Translations under genes and position numbers: made by a program
The notes under the pieces: model-generated
The model's input: the letters and a program-made list of their open reading frames with translations, nothing else
Told to the model about the DNA's origin: nothing
Database searches by the model: none
Assembly: GCA_902623685.1 (NCBI GenBank)
Contig: CACNUQ010000004.1
Location: 25,590-89,589 of the forward strand
Source: an uncultured SAR86 cluster bacterium
Lineage (GTDB): Bacteria > Pseudomonadota > Gammaproteobacteria > Magnimaribacterales > D2472
Length of the DNA stretch: 64,000 nt
Direction: 5' to 3'
Shown here: positions 38,474 to 51,835 of the stretch, in pieces
Layout of the letters: each line of letters begins with the position of its first letter
How positions within the stretch are numbered: the first letter of the stretch is position 1

Positions 38474-39205
38474 GTGATTTCAGCATTTATTCATAAATTT
38501 TCTTCTCCAAAGAGTTTTGTTCAAATAACTAAGACACTTTATCCCTTATTTATTTTTACTGGTTTGTCCATGTTGATAATTGGATGGACATGGGGTTTGT
38601 TATTTGCTCCCCCAGATGCAGTTCAGGGGAATTCATATAGAATTATTTTTCTTCATGTGCCTGCAGTTATTTTTGCTGAGCTTATTTATTTCTTTATGGC
38701 ACTTTGTGCATTGATGCATATTGTTTGGAGGGTGAAGCTAGCTGCATATTTAATCAAATCAGCAGCTCCAATAGGAGCAATGATTACATTTATAGGTTTA
38801 TTCTCGGGATCAATTTGGGGTATTCCTACATGGGGAACATGGTGGCAGTGGGATGCAAGGATTACCTCAACTTTAATATTATTTATTATGTATCTTGGTA
38901 TTTTAACTTTGCACGGATCTTTTTCTAACCTGGAAAAGTCAGATCGTTTGATGTCCATACTCGTAGTTATAGGTGTTGTAAATATTCCAATAATCAAAAA
39001 ATCTGTTGATTGGTGGTCAACACTCCATCAGCCTGCCTCAATTTCAGTATCAGGTGGAAGCTCAATTGACCCGTCAATGTTATATCCACTAATAATTTCA
39101 ATAATTGGTCTAGGTTTTACGCTAATTTCCCTTGGTATTTTGAGCAGCCGTTCATATATATTGAGTAGAGAAAAGAATAAAAAATGGGTTTTAAAACATG
39201 TTTGA
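38474..39205 (+). CDS. ccmC: Heme exporter protein CcmC
   Basis: GNSYRIIFLHVPA and the tryptophan-rich WWD motif WGTWWQWDARIT. Confidence 0.9.
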   Translation: MISAFIHKFSSPKSFVQITKTLYPLFIFTGLSMLIIGWTWGLLFAPPDAVQGNSYRIIFLHVPAVIFAELIYFFMALCALMHIVWRVKLAAYLIKSAAPIGAMITFIGLFSGSIWGIPTWGTWWQWDARITSTLILFIMYLGILTLHGSFSNLEKSDRLMSILVVIGVVNIPIIKKSVDWWSTLHQPASISVSGGSSIDPSMLYPLIISIIGLGFTLISLGILSSRSYILSREKNKKWVLKHV

Positions 39206-39374
39206 TATAGCTTTTGATAATGTCAACGAAATAATAGACATGAATGGTCATGGCATTTATGTATGGTCGGTATATTCAATTGCTATTTCAATTATTATTG
39301 TAAGCTTTATAGTTGCTAAAAATAGAATTAAAGGGGTAAAAAGAAAAATTAAGATTAAAAATGCTCCAAGCTAG
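39198..39374 (+). CDS. ccmD: Heme exporter protein CcmD (small ORF missing from the supplied track)
   Basis: Hand translation gives MFDIAFDNVNEIIDMNGHGIYVWSVYSIAISIIIVSFIVAKNRIKGVKRKIKIKNAPS, 58 aa: one TM helix, GHGxYVW, basic tail. Overlaps the ccmC stop and the ccmE start. Confidence 0.7.
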   Translation: MFDIAFDNVNEIIDMNGHGIYVWSVYSIAISIIIVSFIVAKNRIKGVKRKIKIKNAPS

Positions 39375-39774
39375 AAAAAACCGTCTTTGGAAATTTTTTA
39401 TTATTCTTATTTTGTCTGCAGGTGGAATTTCATTAATTCTTTTTTCTCTAAATTCAAAATTAGATCTTTTCTATACTCCATCTGAAATGTTTGAGGCAGA
39501 CATCAAACCAGGCTATCGAATAAAATTAGGTGGAATGGTAAAGACAGGCTCAATAATAAGAAATGGAACAAAGATCAAATTTATTGCTACAGATTTTGTT
39601 AAAGAAGTGCCAGTCATTTTTGATGGCGTTCCTCCAGACTTATTTAAAGAAGATAGTGGGGTAGTAGTTTTAGGATATTTTCTTGATGGAATGTTTGAAG
39701 CAGAAGAAATTTTTGCTAAACATGATGAAAATTATATGCCCCCAGCGCTATCAATTGAGGAGAAAGAAACATGA
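39361..39774 (+). CDS. ccmE: Cytochrome c-type biogenesis heme chaperone CcmE
   Basis: N-terminal membrane anchor, OB-fold-like region, and the heme-binding H-x-x-x-Y motif (AKHDENYMPP). Confidence 0.9.
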   Translation: MLQARKNRLWKFFIILILSAGGISLILFSLNSKLDLFYTPSEMFEADIKPGYRIKLGGMVKTGSIIRNGTKIKFIATDFVKEVPVIFDGVPPDLFKEDSGVVVLGYFLDGMFEAEEIFAKHDENYMPPALSIEEKET

Positions 39775-41669
39775 TAGGTGAGTTATCACATTTTTTGTCT
39801 TTGTCAGCTGTTGTTATATTTTGTTTAATCTTAATTTTTAATTCCATTTTCTTTTTTGGCAAGATTCATCCTAATCAACTAAGTCTTTCATTGAGAATGT
39901 TCAATCAAGCGTGCTCGCTGATTTTTATTTCCTTTGGAATATTTGTATATCTCTCAATAAATGATGATTTTTCTATTGCATATATAGCAAGTCACTCTAA
40001 CTCTCAATTACCAATTTTTTATAAAATTAGCTCAATTTGGAGTGCCCATGAGGGATCAATGTTCCTATGGATAGTTTTTTTAACTGCTTGGAGCTTACTC
40101 TTTATAAATTCTCTTCATCATGATCATCCCTTAAAAAGAAAAACTTTACTTATGTTAAGTTTGATAATTCTGGGCTTTTTATTATTTTTGCTATTAACAT
40201 CAAATCCATTTGAAAGGATACTGCCCTTTGGCGCGATTGAGGGTGCAGACATAAATCCAGTTTTGCAGGATCCAGCCCTAGCAATACATCCGCCAATGTT
40301 GTATTTAGGATATGTAGGATTTGTAATTTCCTTTAGTTTTATTAGCGCATATCTTTTTCATGGAAATTTCGAATTAGAATGGGAGAAAGATATTAAGGAC
40401 TGGTCTTTGGTTGCATGGATTTTTTTAACCATTGGAATAACTTTAGGAAGTTGGTGGGCATACTATGAGCTTGGATGGGGAGGGTATTGGTTTTGGGATC
40501 CTGTTGAAAATGTTGCATTGATGCCGTGGCTTGCTGCTACAGCCTTTATGCACTCATTGTATGCTTCTTCAAAATCAAGCGTTTTAAAAACTTGGACTAT
40601 GTTTTTAGGAATCTTAATTTTTGCTTTAAGCCTTTTCGGAGCTTTTATTGTTAGATCAGGAATAATTGACAGTGTACATTCATTTGCAAATGATCCTCAA
40701 AGAGGCTTATACCTCTTAATTTTCTCCGGCTTGATTACATTATTAGCATTGGGGATTTTCTCATACAGACTTCCATCTTTGAATGTATCAAGATATATAG
40801 TATCGGGCTCAAAAGAATCATATCTTTCTATGAACAACATTCTCATGATTACGAGCATTTTTTCTATTTTTCTTGGGGTAACATATCCGCTGATTATCGA
40901 AGCGCTAAATGGAGAAAAAGTAAGTATCGGACCTCCTTATTACAATACAATTTTTGCTCCATTAATTCTTATTGCCTCAATATTTATTATGGCTTCTGTA
41001 GATTCTTTATGGCAACGCTCTAAACCAATAAAAAGCGTTGCCTTAACAATATTTATTCCTTTAATGCTATCAATTATATTTATTTATATTGTCTGGCATG
41101 TAACAGCAATTTTTTCAATTCTCCCATACATTGGAATTTTTTCTGGATTACTGATTCTTTTTAGTTATTTGTATAGAATATTTAGCAATTTCCTCTCTAA
41201 AAAGTTCATTAATACAGGAAGCGCTATAGCACATATAGGTTTGGGGCTATTATTTTTAGCAGTTTCTTTGAATAGTATCTTAAGTTATGAAAAAAACTTG
41301 AATCTAGCACCTGGCGAGTCTATACAAATAAACCAATCTATTAAAGAATTCTCATTTGACGACATAAAAGTCTTGAAAGCCTCAAATCACGATGTGATTT
41401 CTGTTGAAGTATCTTTAGTTCAAGATGGAAAAAATATTTCTCTCAATCCTCAAAAAAGAAAATATTCTACGAGGGGTCAAATCACTACAGAATCATCTAT
41501 CCATGCCTCTGTTCTAAAAGATACATATCTAACAATTGGTGATCAACTAGAAAATGGGAGCTGGACTTTCGCCTTAAAAATTAATTATTTTATAAAATGG
41601 ATTTGGTTTTCTGCTTCTTTAATGGTTTTGGGCATGCTTATTACAATTTTTAAAAAGAAAGTAACATGA
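39771..41669 (+). CDS. ccmF: Cytochrome c heme lyase subunit CcmF
   Basis: 632-aa polytopic ORF with WWD-type motif WGGYWFWDPVEN and conserved His-containing loops. Confidence 0.9.
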   Translation: MIGELSHFLSLSAVVIFCLILIFNSIFFFGKIHPNQLSLSLRMFNQACSLIFISFGIFVYLSINDDFSIAYIASHSNSQLPIFYKISSIWSAHEGSMFLWIVFLTAWSLLFINSLHHDHPLKRKTLLMLSLIILGFLLFLLLTSNPFERILPFGAIEGADINPVLQDPALAIHPPMLYLGYVGFVISFSFISAYLFHGNFELEWEKDIKDWSLVAWIFLTIGITLGSWWAYYELGWGGYWFWDPVENVALMPWLAATAFMHSLYASSKSSVLKTWTMFLGILIFALSLFGAFIVRSGIIDSVHSFANDPQRGLYLLIFSGLITLLALGIFSYRLPSLNVSRYIVSGSKESYLSMNNILMITSIFSIFLGVTYPLIIEALNGEKVSIGPPYYNTIFAPLILIASIFIMASVDSLWQRSKPIKSVALTIFIPLMLSIIFIYIVWHVTAIFSILPYIGIFSGLLILFSYLYRIFSNFLSKKFINTGSAIAHIGLGLLFLAVSLNSILSYEKNLNLAPGESIQINQSIKEFSFDDIKVLKASNHDVISVEVSLVQDGKNISLNPQKRKYSTRGQITTESSIHASVLKDTYLTIGDQLENGSWTFALKINYFIKWIWFSASLMVLGMLITIFKKKVT

Positions 41670-42184
41670 ATAAGTCTTTAAGGTTTTTAATAGTTCTAGT
41701 GCCCATTATGATTTTTGCTTTTTTTGCTAAAGTACTTATACAGGATGATGATAAAGTTCTAAGATTTGATGCCAAAATTTTTCCCTCATTTCAATTAAAT
41801 GACCTTGATGGAAATCCAGTTAATTATGAATCTTTAAATGGAATCAAGTTAGTAAATGTTTGGGCAAGTTGGTGCATTACATGTCTTGTTGAACACCCAT
41901 ATTTAACCAAGCTATCGGATGAAAATGTTCAAATAGTTGGCTTGAATTATAAAGACTCAGACAACAAAGCGAGTGAATGGCTGCAAAAGCATGGAAATCC
42001 ATATGTTTTTTCGATATATGATCCAAGAGGAGATTTAGCCTTTGATCTAGGGGTAACTGGAGCTCCTGAATCTTATTTATTAATCGATAATCAGGTGGTA
42101 GCAAGCATTCAGGGTGAAATGACTCCAAAAAAATGGGAAACAATTTTTTATCCTCTAATTAATCAAGCTCGTAATAACAAATGA
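41666..42184 (+). CDS. ccmG: Thiol:disulfide interchange protein CcmG/DsbE
   Basis: Membrane anchor plus thioredoxin fold with WASWCITC (C-x-x-C) and GVTGAPE. Confidence 0.9.
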   Translation: MNKSLRFLIVLVPIMIFAFFAKVLIQDDDKVLRFDAKIFPSFQLNDLDGNPVNYESLNGIKLVNVWASWCITCLVEHPYLTKLSDENVQIVGLNYKDSDNKASEWLQKHGNPYVFSIYDPRGDLAFDLGVTGAPESYLLIDNQVVASIQGEMTPKKWETIFYPLINQARNNK

Positions 42185-42564
42185 TAAAGATAAATTTTTT
42201 CTTGTTAGCTTCTTTTTTTGTTTTCTCTTCATTCTGTTTTGCAGAAATAGTTTATCAATTTAATGACCCTGTTCAGGAAAAAAGATTTTATTCATTAATC
42301 TCAGAAATTAGATGCCCAAAATGTACTAGTGGCAGTATCGCTAGCTCTGATGCCCCAGTATCAAGAGATTTAAAAAATAAGGTATATGAGCTTGTGATTG
42401 AAGGCTCATCAGATGTTGAAATAAAAAATTATGTATCAGATAGGTTTGGTAATTTTTCAGATTATAGGCCCCCGTTAGAAGGTGCAAATTATATCCTTTG
42501 GTTATCACCCTTTATTTTTTTCTTTCTAATCGCAGCAATCTTTTTTTTCAAACGAAGAGTTTAA
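42181..42564 (+). CDS. ccmH: Cytochrome c-type biogenesis protein CcmH
   Basis: Signal sequence, LISEIRCPKC (R-C-x-x-C) motif, C-terminal TM helix. Confidence 0.85.
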   Translation: MIKINFFLLASFFVFSSFCFAEIVYQFNDPVQEKRFYSLISEIRCPKCTSGSIASSDAPVSRDLKNKVYELVIEGSSDVEIKNYVSDRFGNFSDYRPPLEGANYILWLSPFIFFFLIAAIFFFKRRV

Positions 42565-43352
42565 TGCTATTTATTATTGCTTCTACAATAATTATATCAT
42601 TGCCTGTAATTGCCTATTTACTTAACCCTTTATCCAATCAAAAATCACTTATTTTTTTGGTTACCATTTTAGTGTTTGGGGGATTTGTTTTAAATTTTAT
42701 TTCTAAAAACCCATTCATAGGTTCTTGGGCTCAAGCTACTCAATCTGAATTAATGCTGAGAACTATTTCTCGCGATGAAGAGGTTGATAAGCTTCTTTTA
42801 AATCAATATATTTTTAGTAATACGTCAGAAGAGCAATCTTTTTTAATTGGCACTCAATTTTTTTATAAAGCCCTGGAGGCACAATCATTTATTTCGGCAG
42901 AAAGTATATTAAAATATTTAAATGTAGAGTTTGTATCCGAGAATTTTCAGATTCCTATTTTTAATCTTTTGGCAGATTTAAGAGATGAAAAATATCCTGA
43001 AATTGCAAATTCAAATTTGCTTATCAACATTGAAAATCCCACTAATTGCAATATGCAGTTATTACAGTTGGGCGTGTCAATACCAAATGGACCAGGAGTC
43101 AACATTGCCTCAAAAGAGCTTTTGTCTCCAAATATTGATGTGCCTATAAAGCTGGATAAATCTAATTCGATGGTAAGAGGCTTTGATATTGCTTCTGCCT
43201 TTATTCAGCAAGAAGTCATCAAGGTTAAGGCTTTAGCTGAATGTAATAAATTTACTTATGAAGCATTTAAGTCGATAGATTTAAAGTATTCGCAAGATAA
43301 CCAAGAGGAGCTATTTTTTTATACTGATGAATGGTTAAAAAAGGAACAATAG
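42564..43352 (+). CDS. ccmI: CcmI-like cytochrome c biogenesis accessory protein (assigned mainly by position)
   Basis: ATG overlapping the ccmH stop (TAATG). Two N-terminal TM helices then a helical soluble domain. Last gene of the ccm operon. No strong motif seen. Confidence 0.45.
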   Translation: MLFIIASTIIISLPVIAYLLNPLSNQKSLIFLVTILVFGGFVLNFISKNPFIGSWAQATQSELMLRTISRDEEVDKLLLNQYIFSNTSEEQSFLIGTQFFYKALEAQSFISAESILKYLNVEFVSENFQIPIFNLLADLRDEKYPEIANSNLLINIENPTNCNMQLLQLGVSIPNGPGVNIASKELLSPNIDVPIKLDKSNSMVRGFDIASAFIQQEVIKVKALAECNKFTYEAFKSIDLKYSQDNQEELFFYTDEWLKKEQ

Positions 43353-43378
43353 TTTAAAATAAGACAAGGAATTATTTA

Positions 43379-45577
43379 ATGCAGCTTAAACACATTAAAC
43401 TGGCTGGATTCAAAAGTTTCGTGGATCCCACGAGGATATCCTTCCCTACAAATATGGTTGCTGTTGTCGGTCCTAATGGCTGTGGGAAATCTAACGTTAT
43501 TGATGCTGTTCGCTGGGTTTTAGGAGAGCTATCTGCTAAGAACTTGCGTGGTGATTCTATGTCAGATGTTATTTTTAATGGCTCAGACTTAAGAAAGCCC
43601 TCTGGCCAATGTAGCATTGAACTTCTTTTTGATAACTCAATGGGTAAATTGGGTGGTGAATACGCAAAATATAACGAAATATCTATTAAGAGATTGATGA
43701 CAAGGGACGGACAGTCAAATTATTCAATCAATAATACTTTATGCAGAAGAAAAGATGTTCAAGACATTTTTCTTGGAACTGGCCTTGGTCCCAGAAGTTA
43801 TGCAATTATCGAGCAGGGGATGGTTTCTAAAATTGTAAGTGCTAAACCTGAAGAAATGAGAGTGTTTATTGAGGAGGCAGCTGGAATCTCAAAATACAAA
43901 GAAAGAAGAAAAGAAACAGAACAAAGAATTAAAAAAACTAAAGAAAACCTTTCAAGGGTAAAAGATATTAGAGATGAAATTAAGAGATTAATTAATAGAT
44001 TGCAAAACCAAGCTAAGGCTGCCGAAAAATATAAAAAACTACAAATCGAGGAGAAGGAATTAAAGTTAAATATTTCAATTTTAAACACGTTAAGCGCTAA
44101 AGCTAAAAAAGATTCATTAAGTTCAAAGATTTCCAAACTTGATAATCAGATTACTGTGAAGTCTGCTGAGGTCGATACTCACGAGACTTCCATTGACCAA
44201 ATTAAAACAGAGCATTCTTCTGTTTTATCTGCTTTCGAAGACGCACAGAAAAACTTTTATACCATTGGTTCAGAAATTGCTCGTCACGAAACGAATCTTC
44301 AAAATATTAATAAGGCAATTACAGGGTATGAAGAGGATCTTTCAAAAGTAAAAGATAGATATGCCGAGGCACGGCATAATGAATCTAGCTTGGAGAACAT
44401 CAGCCCTAAAGAAAAAGCAATGAAATTGCTTGAAAATATTTTAGAGAGCCTAAAAGGTTTTGGATCGGCGGCTGACTCTATTAGTAATAAAGCCCATGAG
44501 TTAAAAGATTTATTAACAAGCATTTTAAAAATTACTTCAGCACAATCTAAAAATATAACCAATGAATATTTACATAGGCAGAATGAAATTTCTGAGCAAT
44601 TAAGCCAAGCAAGAGAAAACAAGCTCAAAGCAGAAAACGACCTAACAGATTTGGTAGAAAAGAGTTCTAAAGCAGAAGCTGAGCTAAATTCAATTCGTCA
44701 AAAACAATCGCTTGTTGATGCTTCTATTCAAGATGTTGAAAATAAAAAATCTATTGCTGCTTTAGACCTAAGATCTCTCGAAGAAAAATTAAATAATCTA
44801 AAACTGGATTTGAGAACATTTGAGGTCAACTTGGAAAATGCATCACAAACCTTGAAGAAGGCCGGAGTCAGTGTTTCTGAGCTTAATGCTGAAGATTATG
44901 AAGAAATGAATCTTTTAGATTTAGAATCATCTTTGGCATCAACTCAATCCTCTATAATATCTTTGGGAGCTATTAACTTAGCGGCACCGGATGAAATTGA
45001 AGAAGAGTCAAAACGAATAGATGAGCTTGATTCTCAATTAGAAGATTTGAATCAAGCTTTAGATAAACTGCAAAGCGCAATTAAAAAAATAGATGTTGAG
45101 TCCAAGATGAAATTTGATGAGAGCTTTAATTCAGTGAATGAAAAAATACAAGAAATATTTCCTAAACTTTTTGGTGGCGGTAAAGCTGCATTGCAATTAA
45201 TAGATGGTGATTCATTTAATTCAGGCATAACGCTTGCTGCGCAACCTCCTGGTAAAAAAAATGCAACTATCTCTCAACTATCAGGTGGAGAGAAAGCTAT
45301 GACGGCGCTTTCTTTAGTATTTGCGTTATTTGAGTTAAATCCAGCCCCCTTTTGTATGTTGGATGAGGTGGACGCACCTTTAGATGACATAAATGCTTCA
45401 AGGTTTGTAGCCATGGTTGAAGAGATGTCTGATAGGGTTCAATTTATATTTATTACCCACAATAAAATTTCTATGGAAAAGAGTGATCATTTGATGGGTA
45501 TCACAATGCAGGAGGCTGGAGTTTCTAGGGTTGTGTCAGTGGATGTAAAAGAGGCGCTGAAGTTAGCTGCTTCATAG
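43379..45577 (+). CDS. smc: SMC chromosome-condensation ATPase, unusually short (732 aa), no recognisable hinge
   Basis: N-terminal head MQLKHIKLAGFKSF...GPNGCGKSNVIDAVRWVLGE. C-terminal head with LSGGEKAMTALSLVFALF and Walker B CMLDEVDAPLD. The middle is heptad-like and K/E/L/S-rich. Confidence 0.85.
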   Translation: MQLKHIKLAGFKSFVDPTRISFPTNMVAVVGPNGCGKSNVIDAVRWVLGELSAKNLRGDSMSDVIFNGSDLRKPSGQCSIELLFDNSMGKLGGEYAKYNEISIKRLMTRDGQSNYSINNTLCRRKDVQDIFLGTGLGPRSYAIIEQGMVSKIVSAKPEEMRVFIEEAAGISKYKERRKETEQRIKKTKENLSRVKDIRDEIKRLINRLQNQAKAAEKYKKLQIEEKELKLNISILNTLSAKAKKDSLSSKISKLDNQITVKSAEVDTHETSIDQIKTEHSSVLSAFEDAQKNFYTIGSEIARHETNLQNINKAITGYEEDLSKVKDRYAEARHNESSLENISPKEKAMKLLENILESLKGFGSAADSISNKAHELKDLLTSILKITSAQSKNITNEYLHRQNEISEQLSQARENKLKAENDLTDLVEKSSKAEAELNSIRQKQSLVDASIQDVENKKSIAALDLRSLEEKLNNLKLDLRTFEVNLENASQTLKKAGVSVSELNAEDYEEMNLLDLESSLASTQSSIISLGAINLAAPDEIEEESKRIDELDSQLEDLNQALDKLQSAIKKIDVESKMKFDESFNSVNEKIQEIFPKLFGGGKAALQLIDGDSFNSGITLAAQPPGKKNATISQLSGGEKAMTALSLVFALFELNPAPFCMLDEVDAPLDDINASRFVAMVEEMSDRVQFIFITHNKISMEKSDHLMGITMQEAGVSRVVSVDVKEALKLAAS

Positions 45578-45582
45578 CATGC

Positions 45583-48933
<3,351 letters not shown>

Positions 48934-48934
48934 T

Positions 48935-51775
48935 CTAAACTTCTCTTAAATTCAAACCTAGTGACGAAGCCTCTTTTGAATATGCCTTGCCAGCAAGAAT
49001 AGATTTTTTAGAAGGTTTTGTCAGATATTTTTCACTTACTCTGATCAAATCATCAATCGAACAATTAATTACTCTTTGCCTCATTTCAAGTCTCTCTTTG
49101 GTTGAGATATCCTCTAGATTCAAATTAAAATCATTTTTTGCTTCGCCGACAGGCGAGAGGGGTTTATCAATTGATGACACAACTCCAAGAATTGCCTCTT
49201 CAAGATGCTGATCAGTAATGGATGTTTTGGACCACTCGATTGCTTCTTTAAAAGCAGAAAAAGTTTCCGAACATTTAGGATCTCTGTATGAGAAAAATTT
49301 AAAAGTGTTGGTAGCAGTATCATTTATTGCACCTGCTCCATATGCTCCTCCCTTTTCACGAATTGCTGTATGTAAAAAACCATTTCTTAATACAGTTGCC
49401 AACACAGAAAGAGCAGCTGCGTCTGGATGCTGCCTTGAAACTCCTTTAAATGCTTCTGCGCAATAACAAACTTGAGATCCAGTAATCCATGCTATTTGAT
49501 CGTTAATTGGCTCTAATAAATCTTGCATAGCAACATCTTGTGTATTTTTAAATTCTTTTGATAGATTTTTCAGAGCTTTTGGCGAGCACGCTGTAAAAAT
49601 TTTGAATGGCTTATCTAAAACTTTTGAATGAATACCCTTGAGTATATTTATGACATTATTTGCATCGCTAACGTTTTTTATTTTAGAAATAGATTCTTTA
49701 GATTTATTCAACATCTGCATTCCAGACATTTGATATGTTGTTGCCGAAAATGCATTTAAACTGCTGGCAGCAGAATTCATGGCTAAAATATGACCATTTT
49801 GATTTAACGACTCTTCATTTCTAGCAACAAATATATTAAATAAATCCAATAGTCTGTTTTCTTCATCGAAGCGAGCACTTTCCAGTGTATTCATTATTAG
49901 ATTTTCCATTGAATCAAAGTTGTCTTCTAAGGCTTTAGAAGAAATGCTTAAGAAAAGTTTTCCGGGTTCTTTTTGATAGTTCATATGCATTCTGAAAGAA
50001 GCATTTATGCCGCCTGTAATACTTGACTGTAGAGTTTGAATCTCTTCGTAAGAAGATTTCATGTGACCCACTTCAGTAAGAATAAATGTATACAAAGACG
50101 AATATAGCAATTCTTGCGAAGTAAGGTTTGCACACGGAAATAGAAATTCAGAGTAGATGAGACCATTTGTTCCAACTTCGTAAACAGATCTATTATTCAT
50201 TGCATAAGATTCATTAGTATATTCACGCGAAAGAGGTATATCCTCTTTTGTAACCTTGGGTAAAATTTCAACATCATCTTCTGCATCCTGACGAGCTTTT
50301 AATGCATTTGCGAGATCATTTATCTCTACTTTTTCATCATCAGTTAATGAATTTTCTTTCAGCTTAAGATTGTTAGAAAAGAAATCTTCCAACTTTTCAT
50401 TAAATCTTGAGTCAGGCTTTAATTCATAATTTAGTCTGTGTTGATTTTTTATTAAGCAGGTAGAAATTAGTTTCTCTAAATATCCTTTTTTTGAAATAAG
50501 AGACTTAAGTTTTTTAAAGTTTGTATCAAGATCCAGCATAGAAATAGGATCGTCATGATGTATGCAAGCGTTCATACATCCAAGCATTAATTGCAATCCA
50601 TAGGGCATTCCGCCACTGGATACTTCTCTTTGACTTATTTCTAATTGATGCAAAGAGGAATTGATTAGATCTTCAGGAACTCCATCATTGACAAGTTTTT
50701 CTAGAGTGGAAAGGATTAATTTTTCAACTTGTTTGGAGTTATTTTCTTCTACTCCTTCTAAACCGGCCATAAAAACGATTTCTTTATTACTTGGCTCAAT
50801 CCCAAGAAATGGAGAGGGCGCTTTACCAAGCTTTGAACGCTCTAATGCTTTTCTAAGAGGTGAAGCAGAATTATCTAATAGAATATTTGATAAAAAATAT
50901 TTTTCCAACAAGTTCAATGGGTTATGACTATTACCAAGCAACCAACTAATCACAACATGATGATTTTTTTCATCACCTGGAAGTGGTTGGTATGTACCAC
51001 TTGCATGGATAGGATTTGTGAAGGCTTTAGCTGGCTTTATTGTTAATTGTTCTGTTGCAGGCGTAAACTTTTGAAAAACATTTTCTTCGAGATGGGCGTG
51101 AACATCTTCAATGGAAACATTGCCAAAAGTAAAAAAAGTCGCATTACTTGGATGATAATGCCTTTGATGAAAGGCAACTAAATCAGCGTGCGTAAGATCG
51201 ATAATTTTTTCAGGATCACCACCGCTGTTATGATGATAGGTCGTTTCTTCAAAAAGATGTTTGGACATTCCGTGCCATAATTGATCAGTAGGGGAGCTCA
51301 TCGCCCCTTTCATCTCGTTGAACACAACTCCCTTTATCTCTAATTTATTTTCACTATCAATTTCTAGTCGATGACCTTCTTGATAAAAATCTAAAGGATC
51401 TAATCTAGGAAAGAAAGCAGAATCAACATACACATCCAGCAAATTTTTGAAATCTTTATTATTTTGAGTTGCAAATGGATAAGCAGTCCAATCACTGGAA
51501 GTAAAGGCATTCATGAATGAGTTCAGTGATCTTCTTATCATCATAAAAAAAGGATCTCGAACTGGATATTTTTCTGAACCACATAAAGAGGTATGTTCTA
51601 GGATATGTGCGACACCTGTTGAATCCTCTGGAATTGTTCGAAAAGCAACCATAAAAACTTTCTCATCATTATCTGCATCAAGATGAATGTGTTGTGTATT
51701 AAATTTTGAATGCTTATATACTTGAGCATTTACGTCTAATAATTCTATTTTTTTCGATTCTTTTAGTTCAAACAT
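48935..51775 (-). CDS. M16-family zinc metallopeptidase (PreP/pitrilysin-like, M16C)
   Basis: 946 aa. Inverted zinc motif HILEHTSLCGS (H-x-x-E-H) near the N-terminus. Four-domain length typical of PreP-like peptidases. Confidence 0.85.
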   Translation of the reverse strand: MFELKESKKIELLDVNAQVYKHSKFNTQHIHLDADNDEKVFMVAFRTIPEDSTGVAHILEHTSLCGSEKYPVRDPFFMMIRRSLNSFMNAFTSSDWTAYPFATQNNKDFKNLLDVYVDSAFFPRLDPLDFYQEGHRLEIDSENKLEIKGVVFNEMKGAMSSPTDQLWHGMSKHLFEETTYHHNSGGDPEKIIDLTHADLVAFHQRHYHPSNATFFTFGNVSIEDVHAHLEENVFQKFTPATEQLTIKPAKAFTNPIHASGTYQPLPGDEKNHHVVISWLLGNSHNPLNLLEKYFLSNILLDNSASPLRKALERSKLGKAPSPFLGIEPSNKEIVFMAGLEGVEENNSKQVEKLILSTLEKLVNDGVPEDLINSSLHQLEISQREVSSGGMPYGLQLMLGCMNACIHHDDPISMLDLDTNFKKLKSLISKKGYLEKLISTCLIKNQHRLNYELKPDSRFNEKLEDFFSNNLKLKENSLTDDEKVEINDLANALKARQDAEDDVEILPKVTKEDIPLSREYTNESYAMNNRSVYEVGTNGLIYSEFLFPCANLTSQELLYSSLYTFILTEVGHMKSSYEEIQTLQSSITGGINASFRMHMNYQKEPGKLFLSISSKALEDNFDSMENLIMNTLESARFDEENRLLDLFNIFVARNEESLNQNGHILAMNSAASSLNAFSATTYQMSGMQMLNKSKESISKIKNVSDANNVINILKGIHSKVLDKPFKIFTACSPKALKNLSKEFKNTQDVAMQDLLEPINDQIAWITGSQVCYCAEAFKGVSRQHPDAAALSVLATVLRNGFLHTAIREKGGAYGAGAINDTATNTFKFFSYRDPKCSETFSAFKEAIEWSKTSITDQHLEEAILGVVSSIDKPLSPVGEAKNDFNLNLEDISTKERLEMRQRVINCSIDDLIRVSEKYLTKPSKKSILAGKAYSKEASSLGLNLREV

Positions 51776-51835
51776 GGTTTAAATATTAAATAAATGCCTT
51801 ATATTAGTAGTATTATTTACAGATTACTATTACAT

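Noticed and set aside
42541-42548. A possible frameshift at the T homopolymer at the 3' end of ccmH.
   Set aside because: My hand count of the T-run differed by one from what the ORF track implies. Downstream coordinates agree with the track, so I treat this as my own counting error. Homopolymer length is still worth a glance in the reads.
43372-43617. An 81-aa minus-strand ORF. Many similar 60-118-aa antisense or out-of-frame ORFs are in the track, for example 1816-2154, 3012-3314, 14036-14245, 27102-27350, 38686-38997, 43798-44136, 44299-44628, 54451-54807 and 56263-56604.
   Set aside because: All are nested in or antisense to long ORFs with clear family motifs. Their compositions are low-complexity mirror images of the real frame.
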